A DNA stretch of 63,472 bases, the filler included. It is 6 parts of 6 records of this genome, joined end to end, with 100 filler letters (N's around TTAATTAATTAA, not from the genome) between each part and the next. Parts side by side here need not be neighbours in the genome. Positions count along the whole stretch, not along the records: positions 50,259 to 53,473 come from SRR20825010_1250; positions 53,574 to 59,545 come from SRR20825010_1254; positions 59,646 to 63,472 come from SRR20825010_1378; 3 more parts are not named here. One strand, given 5' to 3'. A program made the position numbers and the translations under genes. Below the pieces are notes generated by a model that searched no databases, had not been told where the DNA came from, and saw only the letters and a list, made by a program, of their open reading frames with translations. Below, piece after piece: positions 50,319 to 60,987 of the stretch. How positions within the stretch are numbered: position 1 is the first letter of the stretch; each line of letters begins with the position of its first letter.

Positions 50319-53300
50319 ATGAAATTCAACCGCCTGCGCCTGACCGGTTTCAAATCCTTTGTCGAGGCAAGCGACTTCATCATCGCGCCGGGGCTGACGG
50401 GCGTGGTCGGGCCGAACGGGTGCGGCAAGTCGAACCTGGTCGAGGCGCTGCGCTGGGTGATGGGAGAAAATTCCTACAAGAACATGCGCGCGTCGGGCAT
50501 GGATGACGTGATCTTTTCCGGCTCCGGCAATCGTCCGGCCCGCAATGCCGCCGAAGTCGGTCTTCATATCGACAATTCCGACCGCACCGCGCCCGCCGCC
50601 TTCAACGACAGTGATGAAATCCAGGTCACGCGCCGGATCATGCGCGAGCAGGGCTCGCAATATCGCATAAACGGCAAGGAGGCCCGCGCCAAGGATGTGC
50701 AGCTTCTGTTTGCCGACGCCTCGACCGGTGCAAGGTCGCCGGCGATGGTCGGGCAGGGGCGGATCGGCGAGCTGATCCAGGCAAAGCCGCAGGCCCGCCG
50801 CCAGCTTCTGGAAGAGGCAGCCGGCATCTCCGGGCTCTATTCGCGCCGCCACGAGGCCGAGCTTCGCCTGCGTGGCGCCGAGACCAATCTGGAGCGGCTG
50901 GAGGACGTCACCGCCCAGCTTGGCGGCCAGATCGAAAGCCTGAAGCGCCAGACCCGGCAGGCCACCCGGTTCAAGATGCTGTCGGCCGATATCCGCGCCC
51001 ATGACGCGATCCTTCTGCACTTGCGATGGGTCGACGCCAAGACCGCTGAAGGCGAGGCCACGAGTGCGCTTAACCAGTTGACATCGAGCGTTGCCGAGCG
51101 CGCGAACCAGCAGATGGAAGCGGCCAAGGCTCAGGCGATCGCGGGGCTGGCGACGCCGGAACTGCGTGACGGCGAGGTCAAGGCCGCAGCCCTTCTCCAG
51201 CGCCTGCAGATCGCCCGCCGCCAGCTTGAGGACGATGCCGCGCGCCTGATGCAGCGCCGCGACGAGCTCTCCCGCCGTCTGCTTCAGCTTGGCGAGGACA
51301 TTCGTCGCGAGGAGGCGATGATCGCCGACAACAGCGCGATCCTTGCCCGCCTAGATGAGGAAGAGGCCGAGCTTTCCGAACTGATCGGGTTTTCGGGCGA
51401 GGAACTCGCCGAGGCGCGGGAGAGAATGGACCAGGCTGCGACACGGCTTGGCGAAAGCGAGGACGTGTTCACCGCGCTCACCGCCGAGCGGGCCGAGGCG
51501 GCCGCCAACCGCGCCCAGCTTGAACGGACCATCAAGGAACTTTCCGACCGCCGCCAGCGCATCGAGCGCCAGATCGACGACGCCGGCGCGGAGCTTGCGG
51601 CGATCAGCGAGCGCATTGCGGGCCTGCCCGACCCGGCAGAGAAACAGGCGGCGCTGGAAGAGGTGGCAATCGCCGAGGAGGAGGCGCTTGCTACTGCCGA
51701 GGAGGCCGACAAGCGGCTTGCCGAGGCGCGTCGCAACGAGGCGCTGACCCGCCAGCCGGTGGAGGCCGCGCGCGCCAGACTGTCGGAAATCGAGACCGAG
51801 GCGCGCACGATCGAGAAAATGCTGGCGGCGAGCGCCGCCGCTGGCGATTTCACCCCGCTTGCCGAACTGCTCAGCATCGAGCACGGCTACGAGACAGCCC
51901 TTGGCGCCGTGCTCGGCGACGATCTCGATGCGCCGCTTGAGGCCGATGCTCCGGCCCACTGGCACGGCAATGGCGACGGCGGGGAGGATGCTGCGCTTCC
52001 GGCGGGCTGCCGTCCGCTAAACACGCTCGTCGATGCCCCCGCCGCCGTGCTGCGCCGCCTGCGCCAGGTGGGGCTTGTTGCAGAAGATGCCGCACTTGCC
52101 TTGATGGAAAGGCTTGCGCCAGGTCAGGAACTGGTCACCGAGGCAGGGGCGGTCTATCGCTGGGACGGTTTCGTGAAAGGCGCCGACGCGCCAAGTGCGG
52201 CGGCCCTCAGACTTTCGCAGAAGAACCGGCTTGCGACGCTCGAAGAGGAGCGCCGGGAGGCTGAAGTGGCTCTTGAGGACGCCCGCACCGCGCAGGCCGC
52301 GGCCGGCGAGGCCGTTCGCGCGCAGGAGCAGGCGGTCGCCATGGCCCGCGAGGCGGTGCGCATGGCCGGTCGCGCTGTGGCCGATGCCCGTGCGGCGCTG
52401 GCCGAGGCGGAGCGTGCGTCCGGAGAACTGGTGCGCCGCCGTGATGTTGCCGCCGAAACGCTGAGCCAGTTGCAGACGCAGGGCGAGGATATCGTGCTGA
52501 GCTTCGAAAACGCTTCGGCGGCACTCGCCGAGGCGCCGGATTACTCCGCGCTGGAAAACCGGCTGGCGGCACAGGGCGCCGAGGTGGCGCGCCATCGCGG
52601 CGAACTGGCCGAAGCCCGCGCGCGCCACGACGGTCTGCTGCGTGAAAACGATTCCCGCCAGCGCCGCCTGACGGCAATCGGTCAGGAGCGGGCAAGCTGG
52701 CAGAACCGCGCCAAAAGCGCAGAGTCGCAGATAGAAATCCTGAAGGCGCGCGAGGAAGAGGCGCGCGAGGAACTGGAGACTATTGAGGAAGCACCTGAGG
52801 AATTGGAGGAAAAACGCCGCCTGCTGACCCGCGAACTGGAGCAGGCGGAACAGGCCCGCAAGGCCGCGGCCGACCGGCTGGCCGAGGCCGAAACCGCCCA
52901 GCGCGAGGCCGATAGGGTCGCAGCCCAGGCGCTTTCCAATCTGGCCGAGGCCCGCGAGAAGCGCGGCCGGGCCGAGGAGCGGCTGGTTTCTGCCCGCGAA
53001 CGCCGCGAGGGCGCGGAAAAGCGCATTTCCGAAGTGTTGGAAGTGGCTCCCCATGAGGCGTTCCGGCTGACGGGCCTTGCCGTCGATGCCGAACTGCCCG
53101 AACCGGCGACCGTGGAGCGGGCGCTGGAGCGGCTGAAGGTCGAGCGCGAACGACTGGGGGCTGTCAACCTGCGCGCGGAGGAGGAGCAGAGCGAGCTTTC
53201 CGGACAGCTCGACGCGCTGGTCAACGAGCGCGACGATATCATCGAGGCGATCCGCAAGCTGCGCGGCGCGATCCAGAGCCTCAACCGCGAAGGGCGCGAG

Positions 53301-53473
53301 CGGCTGCTGGCCGCCTTCGACGCCGTCAACGCTGAGTTCCAGCGGCTGTTCGTGCATCTGTTCGGCGGCGGCATGGCCGAGCTTCAGCTGATCGAATCCG
53401 ACGATCCGCTGGAAGCGGGGCTCGAAATTCTCGCCCGTCCGCCGGGCAAGAAGCCGCAGACCATGACGCTGCT
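50319..53473 (+). CDS. smc: Chromosome segregation protein SMC, truncated just before the signature motif
   Basis: GFKSF, GPNGCGKSN, MDDVIFSG, coiled coils, LGAVNLRA, ARPPGKK. Confidence 0.95.
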
Positions 53474-53573
53474 NNNNNNNNNNNNNNNNNNNNNNNNNNN
53501 NNNNNNNNNNNNNNNNNTTAATTAATTAANNNNNNNNNNNNNNNNNNNNNNNNNNNNNNNNNNNNNNNNNNNN
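53474..53573. other. Artificial contig spacer
   Basis: 44 N + TTAATTAATTAA + 44 N. Confidence 0.98.
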
Positions 53574-53574
53574 C

Positions 53575-53751
53575 TACTACCGCGTCTTTATCGAGACCCA
53601 GGACGACGCGCTCGTCAACAAAGCTGGCAAGCGCTTTCCCATCGTGCCCGGCATGGTCGCCACCGTCGACATTCACACCGGAAGCAAAACCGTTCTGGAC
53701 TACCTCATCAAACCTTTCAACCGTGCGCGCGAAGCACTGCGCGAACGTTAG
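53575..53751 (+). CDS. Type I secretion HlyD-family adaptor (LapC-like), C-terminal fragment; not in the ORF track
   Basis: Translated by hand: YYRVFIETQDDALVNKAGKRFPIVPGMVATVDIHTGSKTVLDYLIKPFNRAREALRER*. Confidence 0.85.
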   Translation, partial: YYRVFIETQDDALVNKAGKRFPIVPGMVATVDIHTGSKTVLDYLIKPFNRAREALRER

Positions 53752-53761
53752 GGCGTACACC

Positions 53762-56700
53762 ATGCGACACGAGAAATTCGACGATTTTTCTGAAATCAGA
53801 ACGGCTCTGCGCAAAGGTATCGTGCCGCTTGGGGCGCCGTTTCCACCGGTCGTGCTGTTTTTCTCCGTTTCCGACGGGGAAGCACGTGCGCGCGTCGTCA
53901 ACGCTGCAGGCGACACTCTGGAAGCTGCGTGGCAAAACGGGTTGTCGCAGTTGCGGCAGGTCATGCGGGAGAACAGGCTGGAAGGGCGCTGGCTGCGGGT
54001 GGACTGGGTTGATCGGGCCGAAGTCAGCACATGGAAGAACCTCAGGGAAAGCCTGGCCCGGACCAAGCGGAATTATTTTCGGTGCGGCGTGGCGCTTGAT
54101 GCCAGCTTTGACAGTGCCTTTCTCGAGCAGGAGCTGAACGCAAACGCGATGCTCTATGGCGGCAATCGCGTAGCGCATGCCGTCCTCAACGAAAAGAATT
54201 TCGCACGGTATGCGGGGTCGAAATACCCCGGGGGGGCCGCCGTGGAATTCAATGAAGAACAGCCAGTTTTCATATTCTCCACGAAAGGCGTGTTCCGCGA
54301 TGTCGATGGCGGCCTGTATCCACTGAACGAGCTGGGACCGGACACCGGGCGGCGGCATATCGAGGTTCTCGACGGACCCCTGGTCGAGCATCTGGTGCAG
54401 TCTGCCTCCGGATATCTCGCCCGGCAGGTAAAGGATGACGGCGCATTCGCTTACGGATTTCACCCCTGTTTCGACCGTCGAATAGAAGCATACAACACGC
54501 TGCGTCATGCAAGCACCACCTACGCCATGCTTGAAGCATGGGAAGTGACGCGTGAAGCGACACTGAAGAACGCCATAGACCGCTCGCTCGCACGTATGAA
54601 AGGAGAGTTCATTCGCGAAGCGGAACTTCCGGATGGCCGGCGGGCTGCGTTCCTGGTGGATGTCGGAGACGAAATCAAGCTGGGGGGCAATGCAGTCGCT
54701 TTGCTCGCGCTCAGCAAATACACAACCACCACCGGCGACCGGACCCATCTACCATTGATGGAGATGCTCGCGCTCGGCATCCTATACATGCAGGATCAGC
54801 GAACCGGATCGTTCATCCATGTGCTGCACTATCCCTCCCTGGAAGTGAATACGGCTTTCCGCACCATCTATTACGAGGGCGAAGCCGCCTTCGGTCTGAT
54901 GCGTCTCTACGACATCACCAGGGACCCTCGCTGGCTGGACGCGGTGGAGAAGGCATTCGACCATTTCATCGCGCAAAACCACTGGCGCCATCACGACCAT
55001 TGGCTGAGCTATTGCGTCAACGAACTGACCCGCCATCGACCGGAAGAGCGCTATTTCATCTTTGGACTGCAAAATGTCGCCGGTCATCTGGACTTCGTCC
55101 GGCAGCGCATCACCACTTTTCCCACGCTTCTTGAACTGATGATGGCTGCACGCTCTTTGATCAGTCGGATCGGCGACATGCCCCAGATGACGCATCTGCT
55201 GCGCAGGATCGATCTTGTCGCATTCAGCGAAGCGCTCGAGTTTCGCGCCCGATACCTGTTGAACGGCTTCTTCTGGCCAGAGACAGCAATGTTCTTTCGA
55301 ACGCCGAACCGGGTGGCGGGGAGCTTCTTCATTCGCCACCATGCGTTCCGGGTGCGCATCGACGATGTGGAGCACTATTTGTCCGGGTTCGTAGCATACC
55401 GGAATTATCTCGAGCAGCGCCCCGGTTTCCAGTCACTGGTGGCGCTCCATTCACGCGGTGCCACCGACCACAAGCCGGCCATGCGCACACCGACCGCCGC
55501 CATCTGGAACGCCTCCAGCGTTGCCGAGGCAACGGGTGGCCACTGGATGGTTCCGCCGGCGCCTGACTGGACAGCCACGGGACTGTGCATCCACGCGCCC
55601 ACGCGCAAACCAGGGCAGATGGTCACCATGCGTGTTGGCAAGACAGGCAGAGGAATTCCGCCAAAGGTGATTGCCGGGATGAAGCCTCCACCGGCCGCGA
55701 TCATTAGCGACGATCCACAGGCACCATTCCCCGACAATATTCCCGTTCTTGCGGTGAGCGATACCGGTGCAGCCATTCTCGCCCTGGGGCGCCATGCGCG
55801 CCAGTGCATAAGCGGCAAGCTCCTCGCCATCACGGGCAGCGCCGGAAAAACGACATCTGTCGCAATGCTTGCCCACGCACTAACTCCATATGGAAGCGTC
55901 GCCCAGACCGCGCACAATGCCAATCTTCCACACGGTGTCGCCTGGAACCTTGCCTCGATATCTGCCGATACGGATCACGTGGTGCTCGAGCTGGCGGTCG
56001 GCCGCATGGGTCAGAGCGCGCGCATGGCGAAACCTGATGTCGCCATTTTCACCAACATTGCGCCAGCGCACCTTTCCGAGACCACCACGCCGCGCGACAT
56101 CGCGGTGACGAAAAGCGCGATCTTTCAGGGCATGAGCTCCGGTGGCGTGGCGATCCTCAACCGCGACATGCAGGAGTGGGATGTGGTCCACGCCGCCGCC
56201 CAGGCCCGCAACCTGAAAATCCTCCATTATGGCGCCGGCGAGGACTGCGAATACCGGCTCCTCGATTACGATGCGCCAAACGGGATTGTTGCTGCCTGCA
56301 TCAAAGGGCAGGCGGTGCGCTATGCGCTCGGTGCCGCCGGCGAGCACATGGCGCTGAATAGCCTCGCCATCCTTGCTGCTGTGGCGGCCCTCGGGCACCC
56401 CCTTGATGCGGCGCTAAACCAACTGCCCAGTTTTTTGCCTCTTCCTGGACGCGGCGCAGAACATAGGCTCACCGTCAACGGACGATCCATCGATCTGATA
56501 GACGACGCTTATAACGCCAACCCGGCCTCCATGAGAGCCGCCTTCGCGAATCTCGGCAAGCGGACCGGCGATGGTCGGCGGATCGCCCTTTTGGGAGAGA
56601 TGGCAGAGCTGGGTACGGACGCCCGACGCTTTCACACTGATCTTGCCCCCCTGATCGAGGCAAACGGCATCGACCGCGTTCACGTTCTCGGCTCTCTCTA

Positions 56701-56899
56701 CGAGGATTTCTGGGCCGCACTACCCGATGCTCGCAAAGGGTGTCGTGCGGCAACACTCGAAGAGATGCACAAGGCGTTCCTTGCCGACATCCGTGACGGT
56801 GACATGGTGCTGATCAAGGGATCCAACAGCACAAAGCTCCATACGCTTGCAGCCGCCATGGCGAACGGTCCCAGGACGACACCAGCGGCTGCGAACTGA
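53762..56899 (+). CDS. Fusion protein: ~570-aa N-terminal region (probable alpha/alpha barrel) + MurF-like Mur ligase
   Basis: N-part: YNTLRHAS, KLGGNA, YYEGEA, HDHWLSY, RVRIDDVEH; C-part: ITGSAGKTT, FTNIAPAHL, DDAYNANPASM, LGEMAELG, LIKGS. Confidence 0.8.
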   Translation: MRHEKFDDFSEIRTALRKGIVPLGAPFPPVVLFFSVSDGEARARVVNAAGDTLEAAWQNGLSQLRQVMRENRLEGRWLRVDWVDRAEVSTWKNLRESLARTKRNYFRCGVALDASFDSAFLEQELNANAMLYGGNRVAHAVLNEKNFARYAGSKYPGGAAVEFNEEQPVFIFSTKGVFRDVDGGLYPLNELGPDTGRRHIEVLDGPLVEHLVQSASGYLARQVKDDGAFAYGFHPCFDRRIEAYNTLRHASTTYAMLEAWEVTREATLKNAIDRSLARMKGEFIREAELPDGRRAAFLVDVGDEIKLGGNAVALLALSKYTTTTGDRTHLPLMEMLALGILYMQDQRTGSFIHVLHYPSLEVNTAFRTIYYEGEAAFGLMRLYDITRDPRWLDAVEKAFDHFIAQNHWRHHDHWLSYCVNELTRHRPEERYFIFGLQNVAGHLDFVRQRITTFPTLLELMMAARSLISRIGDMPQMTHLLRRIDLVAFSEALEFRARYLLNGFFWPETAMFFRTPNRVAGSFFIRHHAFRVRIDDVEHYLSGFVAYRNYLEQRPGFQSLVALHSRGATDHKPAMRTPTAAIWNASSVAEATGGHWMVPPAPDWTATGLCIHAPTRKPGQMVTMRVGKTGRGIPPKVIAGMKPPPAAIISDDPQAPFPDNIPVLAVSDTGAAILALGRHARQCISGKLLAITGSAGKTTSVAMLAHALTPYGSVAQTAHNANLPHGVAWNLASISADTDHVVLELAVGRMGQSARMAKPDVAIFTNIAPAHLSETTTPRDIAVTKSAIFQGMSSGGVAILNRDMQEWDVVHAAAQARNLKILHYGAGEDCEYRLLDYDAPNGIVAACIKGQAVRYALGAAGEHMALNSLAILAAVAALGHPLDAALNQLPSFLPLPGRGAEHRLTVNGRSIDLIDDAYNANPASMRAAFANLGKRTGDGRRIALLGEMAELGTDARRFHTDLAPLIEANGIDRVHVLGSLYEDFWAALPDARKGCRAATLEEMHKAFLADIRDGDMVLIKGSNSTKLHTLAAAMANGPRTTPAAAN

Positions 56900-57141
56900 C
56901 AACTCCAGCTCATATGCGGTTTTGCATCTTGGGCATCATAGCGAGAATGCTTGCCGCGATCTCTTTCCGCTACGGGAGCCGGAACCGAAAATCCGCCCCT
57001 CCGGGAGCATCAGCAGAACAATTCCCGGTCCCGAGGGCAAATAAGCGTGACATTTGCGGCATTCATTAAGCCAGCCTGCTACTGGAACCTGTTCAAATAT
57101 GATAACTGTGAGCAAATAAGACCGATTCAGCGGGGCCATAG

Positions 57142-57960
57142 GTGGCAGAAGAGCATAAAAATGAAACAAAAGAACCCCTTTATGTGGTTCCCCCGGTAAC
57201 CCGAGCAATTGCGCTGCTTCGCTATATCGCGGCAGGCAACCGGTGCCGCAACATCAGCAGTGCGGCAAAGGCGCTCAACATCAACCGAACGACGCTCATT
57301 CGGCTCCTTGCAACACTCGAGGCCGAAAGCATCATCGAACCCATTGCTGATGATGGCGGGTACCGTCTCGGGACCGGCCTGATTGCCCTCGCCTCGGAAG
57401 CCTTGAACGAGCGCAGCATCCTGCATGTGGCGCGGCCTTTCCTGAAGCAACTCGTCGATTCACTTAACCTGTCGGCCCACCTTGGCGTTCTTGAGGGGCG
57501 CGAGATCGTCTACCTGGCGCGTGAAACACCAAATTCCCACCTCGCCAGTACGGTGCGCGAGGGAACTCGGTTGCCTGCGCATGCAACGACGATCGGCCGT
57601 ATACTGCTGGCGGAACTGCCGACTGCTTCACTCCGGTCCTTATATGCCGGTCAGACGATGGAATCCTTCACAACCAAGACACGCACGACGCTCGCCGATC
57701 TGGAACAGCAACTACAGGCGGACCGGGCCCGTGGAATTGCGTGGAGCGTTGCAAACTTTGAACGCGAGATCGGGTCCGCCGCCGTCGCGATCCACGACCA
57801 TCAGGCACGCGCCGTCGGCGCCATCAATGTGACCGGTCACGCCAGTATCTTTGATGAGAACGGCCCCCACGCAGGAAAAATCGAGCAGGAACTCAAGACC
57901 GTTGCCCGTTCCATGTCAGAAGCTTTGGGCTATCGCGGCTGGTCAGCCGATCAATTGTAG
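57142..57960 (+). CDS. IclR family regulator
   Basis: VPPVTRAIALL, INRTTLIRLL.TL, GTRLPAHATTIGR. Confidence 0.9.
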   Translation: MAEEHKNETKEPLYVVPPVTRAIALLRYIAAGNRCRNISSAAKALNINRTTLIRLLATLEAESIIEPIADDGGYRLGTGLIALASEALNERSILHVARPFLKQLVDSLNLSAHLGVLEGREIVYLARETPNSHLASTVREGTRLPAHATTIGRILLAELPTASLRSLYAGQTMESFTTKTRTTLADLEQQLQADRARGIAWSVANFEREIGSAAVAIHDHQARAVGAINVTGHASIFDENGPHAGKIEQELKTVARSMSEALGYRGWSADQL

Positions 57961-58550
57961 GTGTATCCATACGAAAGCGGAAAGGCGCTGCTTTGCAGCG
58001 GCCTTTCGCCGAGGAGTGCATGCCGCAGCCACAAGCGGCCGTGTACCTGGGTATCAGCAAAGTCGGTGTCCTCGGGCAGTTGCGCTGCCTCGCACCACAA
58101 GCCACCCAGCCATTCGGCTCCCTGAAAATTCGCCTGTTTGCGCATCCATACGCCTTGTAGCGAGAAGTTTCCGTAGCACGCAACGCTGCGAAAATTCGCC
58201 CCCGCCACAAAATCACCGCGGTCGAACCGGGCGATGCCGCGGAACTCGGCGCCTTCGAATGACGTCTTCCCGGAAAAGACTGCCTGATCGAACCGCGCAT
58301 CATTGGTGAATACCGACTCCACGAAGCTGGCCGCCCTGCCGAACTGGCTGTGGCTGAACCAGCTGACGCCAAGAAAGCGCGCGCCTGTCGCATCGAACCC
58401 GTCCGGAAAGAAGGCACCCGTGAAATTCACGCCAGTGACGTCGCAGCCGGCAAGATCAAGCGGGCCCTCACAGATGACGCCCGTGAGATCGACGCAATCC
58501 CCATGACGCCATGGCGTGCAAACCAGCGCCCGAATTTCGGCGGCCTTCAT
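57951..58550 (-). CDS. Pentapeptide-repeat protein (A-x-F type)
   Basis: Phe every fifth residue: GARFLGVSWFSHSQFGRAASFVESVFTNDARFDQAVF... Confidence 0.75.
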   Translation of the reverse strand: MKAAEIRALVCTPWRHGDCVDLTGVICEGPLDLAGCDVTGVNFTGAFFPDGFDATGARFLGVSWFSHSQFGRAASFVESVFTNDARFDQAVFSGKTSFEGAEFRGIARFDRGDFVAGANFRSVACYGNFSLQGVWMRKQANFQGAEWLGGLWCEAAQLPEDTDFADTQVHGRLWLRHALLGERPLQSSAFPLSYGYTYN

Positions 58551-59017
58551 CACACGGTCTCGCCGATTTTTTCCTCAGCCAGCGCCACGATTTGCGCTGC
58601 CCAGGGAAACGCCAGATCCTCGGCCATGTCGCTACCGGAGGCATCATGCGTGATGCGCTCGCCAATCTGCACTGCCCCCCTTGCACTCAGAAGTTCGGAG
58701 AGCGTCTTGCTGCCGAAGCCGAACGTCTCTTCGTACTCAGTGTCACCGAGACCGAAAATGCCGAAATGAACCCCCGTCAGATCCGGCATGTTTGCCTGCA
58801 GGGCGTCGGCAAAGGGCTGGGCCGAGGCCGGCAGTTCGCCGTCGCCATAGGACGAGCAGACGATCAGGTACAGCCGCCTGGCATCGAAGGCATCCGGCGC
58901 AAAGTCCGATAGATTGCTGCACTCGACATCATGCTCGCCTTCAAGCTCGGCCATGACGTCCTCGGCCAGCATTTCGGCATTGCCGGTCTCGGTGCCGTAA
59001 AGAACCGTGATGTTCAT
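58550..59017 (-). CDS. Flavodoxin (cindoxin/MioC-like)
   Basis: LYGTETGNAE, SSYGDGELP, FGLGD..Y..TF. Confidence 0.9.
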   Translation of the reverse strand: MNITVLYGTETGNAEMLAEDVMAELEGEHDVECSNLSDFAPDAFDARRLYLIVCSSYGDGELPASAQPFADALQANMPDLTGVHFGIFGLGDTEYEETFGFGSKTLSELLSARGAVQIGERITHDASGSDMAEDLAFPWAAQIVALAEEKIGETV

Positions 59018-59544
59018 TGTTGAGGCTCCTCTTGATGAGTGGCGAGCGCCAGCATGGCGTCGCGCGAGGCAATCTTGGCGCGGCAACGGTTTTCCGGGGC
59101 CGCAGCGAGTTCAGCCGCGTCAATACGTTTCCAGCCCTGATAGTCAACCGCATCCGCCCAGTCCGGAAAGGCGCTCCGACCGGGTTTTGCAGGCGATCCA
59201 TCTCCCGCCTGTAAATCCGCAAGGATGCGCTCTGCCAGACGCTGTGCATCAGCACGGTTGTCCGGGATCGTTCCGCGCGGGCCGCGGCGGAACCAGCCCG
59301 TCGCGTAAAGCCCCGTATCGAGAACCCCGAGTGCACCATCCTTCGCCGCGCCAATCAGCGCATCGCGTGGCAAGCCTTCCTGGGCGCTGAAACCAATGGC
59401 GGTGATAAAGGCGCTGCATGGCAGGGATACCGTGTTGCCCTGCCCGTCCTCGAACTGCGCTTCCTTCAGATCACCATCGATGCCGGAAAGCTCTTTTGGC
59501 GTGAGACCAAATCGGAACGTTATGCGGCGCGGGCCGGAACCATG
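59014..59544 (-). CDS. Ferredoxin/flavodoxin-NADP+ reductase (adrenodoxin reductase/FprA-like), 3' fragment
   Basis: ITAIGF, YATGWFRRGPRGTI..N, VDYQGWKRIDAAE, R.K. Confidence 0.85.
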   Translation of the reverse strand, partial: HGSGPRRITFRFGLTPKELSGIDGDLKEAQFEDGQGNTVSLPCSAFITAIGFSAQEGLPRDALIGAAKDGALGVLDTGLYATGWFRRGPRGTIPDNRADAQRLAERILADLQAGDGSPAKPGRSAFPDWADAVDYQGWKRIDAAELAAAPENRCRAKIASRDAMLALATHQEEPQQ

Positions 59545-59545
59545 A

Positions 59546-59645
59546 NNNNNNNNNNNNNNNNNNNNNNNNNNNNNNNNNNNNNNNNNNNNTTAATTAATTA
59601 ANNNNNNNNNNNNNNNNNNNNNNNNNNNNNNNNNNNNNNNNNNNN
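59546..59645. other. Artificial contig spacer
   Basis: 44 N + TTAATTAATTAA + 44 N. Confidence 0.98.
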
Positions 59646-60416
<771 letters not shown>

Positions 60417-60481
60417 TCAGGTATTTAAATTCATCTTCCGGGCTCATTTACCGGACTTATTTGGCAAACTGAGCCCGCGGT

Positions 60482-60973
60482 TCAGACGCGCAGAATTCGT
60501 TCGCCGCGACCAATACCGGAACTGCCCGTGCGGACAGTTTCCAGAATGGCGGTGCGGTCAATCGAGTCCAGGAATGCATCCAGCTTGGATTTGTTGCCAG
60601 TCAGCTCAATGGTGTAGCTTTTCTCAGTGACATCAATGATGCGGCCACGGAAAATATCCGCAGTGCGCTTCAGTTCTTCACGCTCTTTGCCCACTGCCCG
60701 TAATTTTACCAGCATCAGCTCGCGTTCAATATGCGCACCATCACTTAGATCCACCACTTTTACCACTTCAATCAAGCGGTTAAGGTGTTTGGTGATCTGC
60801 TCGATGATGTCATCGGAACCCACGGTGACAATGGTCATGCGTGACATGGTTTCGTCTTCCGTAGGGGCCACGGTCAGCGTTTCAATGTTGTAACCGCGGG
60901 CAGAAAAAAGGCCCACCACGCGGGACAAAGCGCCCGGTTCGTTCTCGAGGAGAACGGAAATAATGTGTCTCAT
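60482..60973 (-). CDS. ilvH: Acetolactate synthase small subunit
   Basis: MRHIISVLLENEPGALSRVVGLFSARGYNIE. Confidence 0.96.
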   Translation of the reverse strand: MRHIISVLLENEPGALSRVVGLFSARGYNIETLTVAPTEDETMSRMTIVTVGSDDIIEQITKHLNRLIEVVKVVDLSDGAHIERELMLVKLRAVGKEREELKRTADIFRGRIIDVTEKSYTIELTGNKSKLDAFLDSIDRTAILETVRTGSSGIGRGERILRV

Positions 60974-60987
60974 ATTTGCCATCTCCT

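Noticed and set aside
50319-53473. SMC as part of a Wadjet or other defence system
   Set aside because: It looks like canonical housekeeping SMC, and no jet/mks partners are visible on this short contig.
53474-53761. smc linked to HlyD/MurF fusion, or the contig 1 T1SS linked to contig 5
   Set aside because: They are separated by artificial spacers.
57951-58550. Pentapeptide protein as a Qnr/MfpA quinolone-resistance factor
   Set aside because: The repeats are the Phe-rich AxF type rather than A(D/N)Lxx, and the context is a redox operon.
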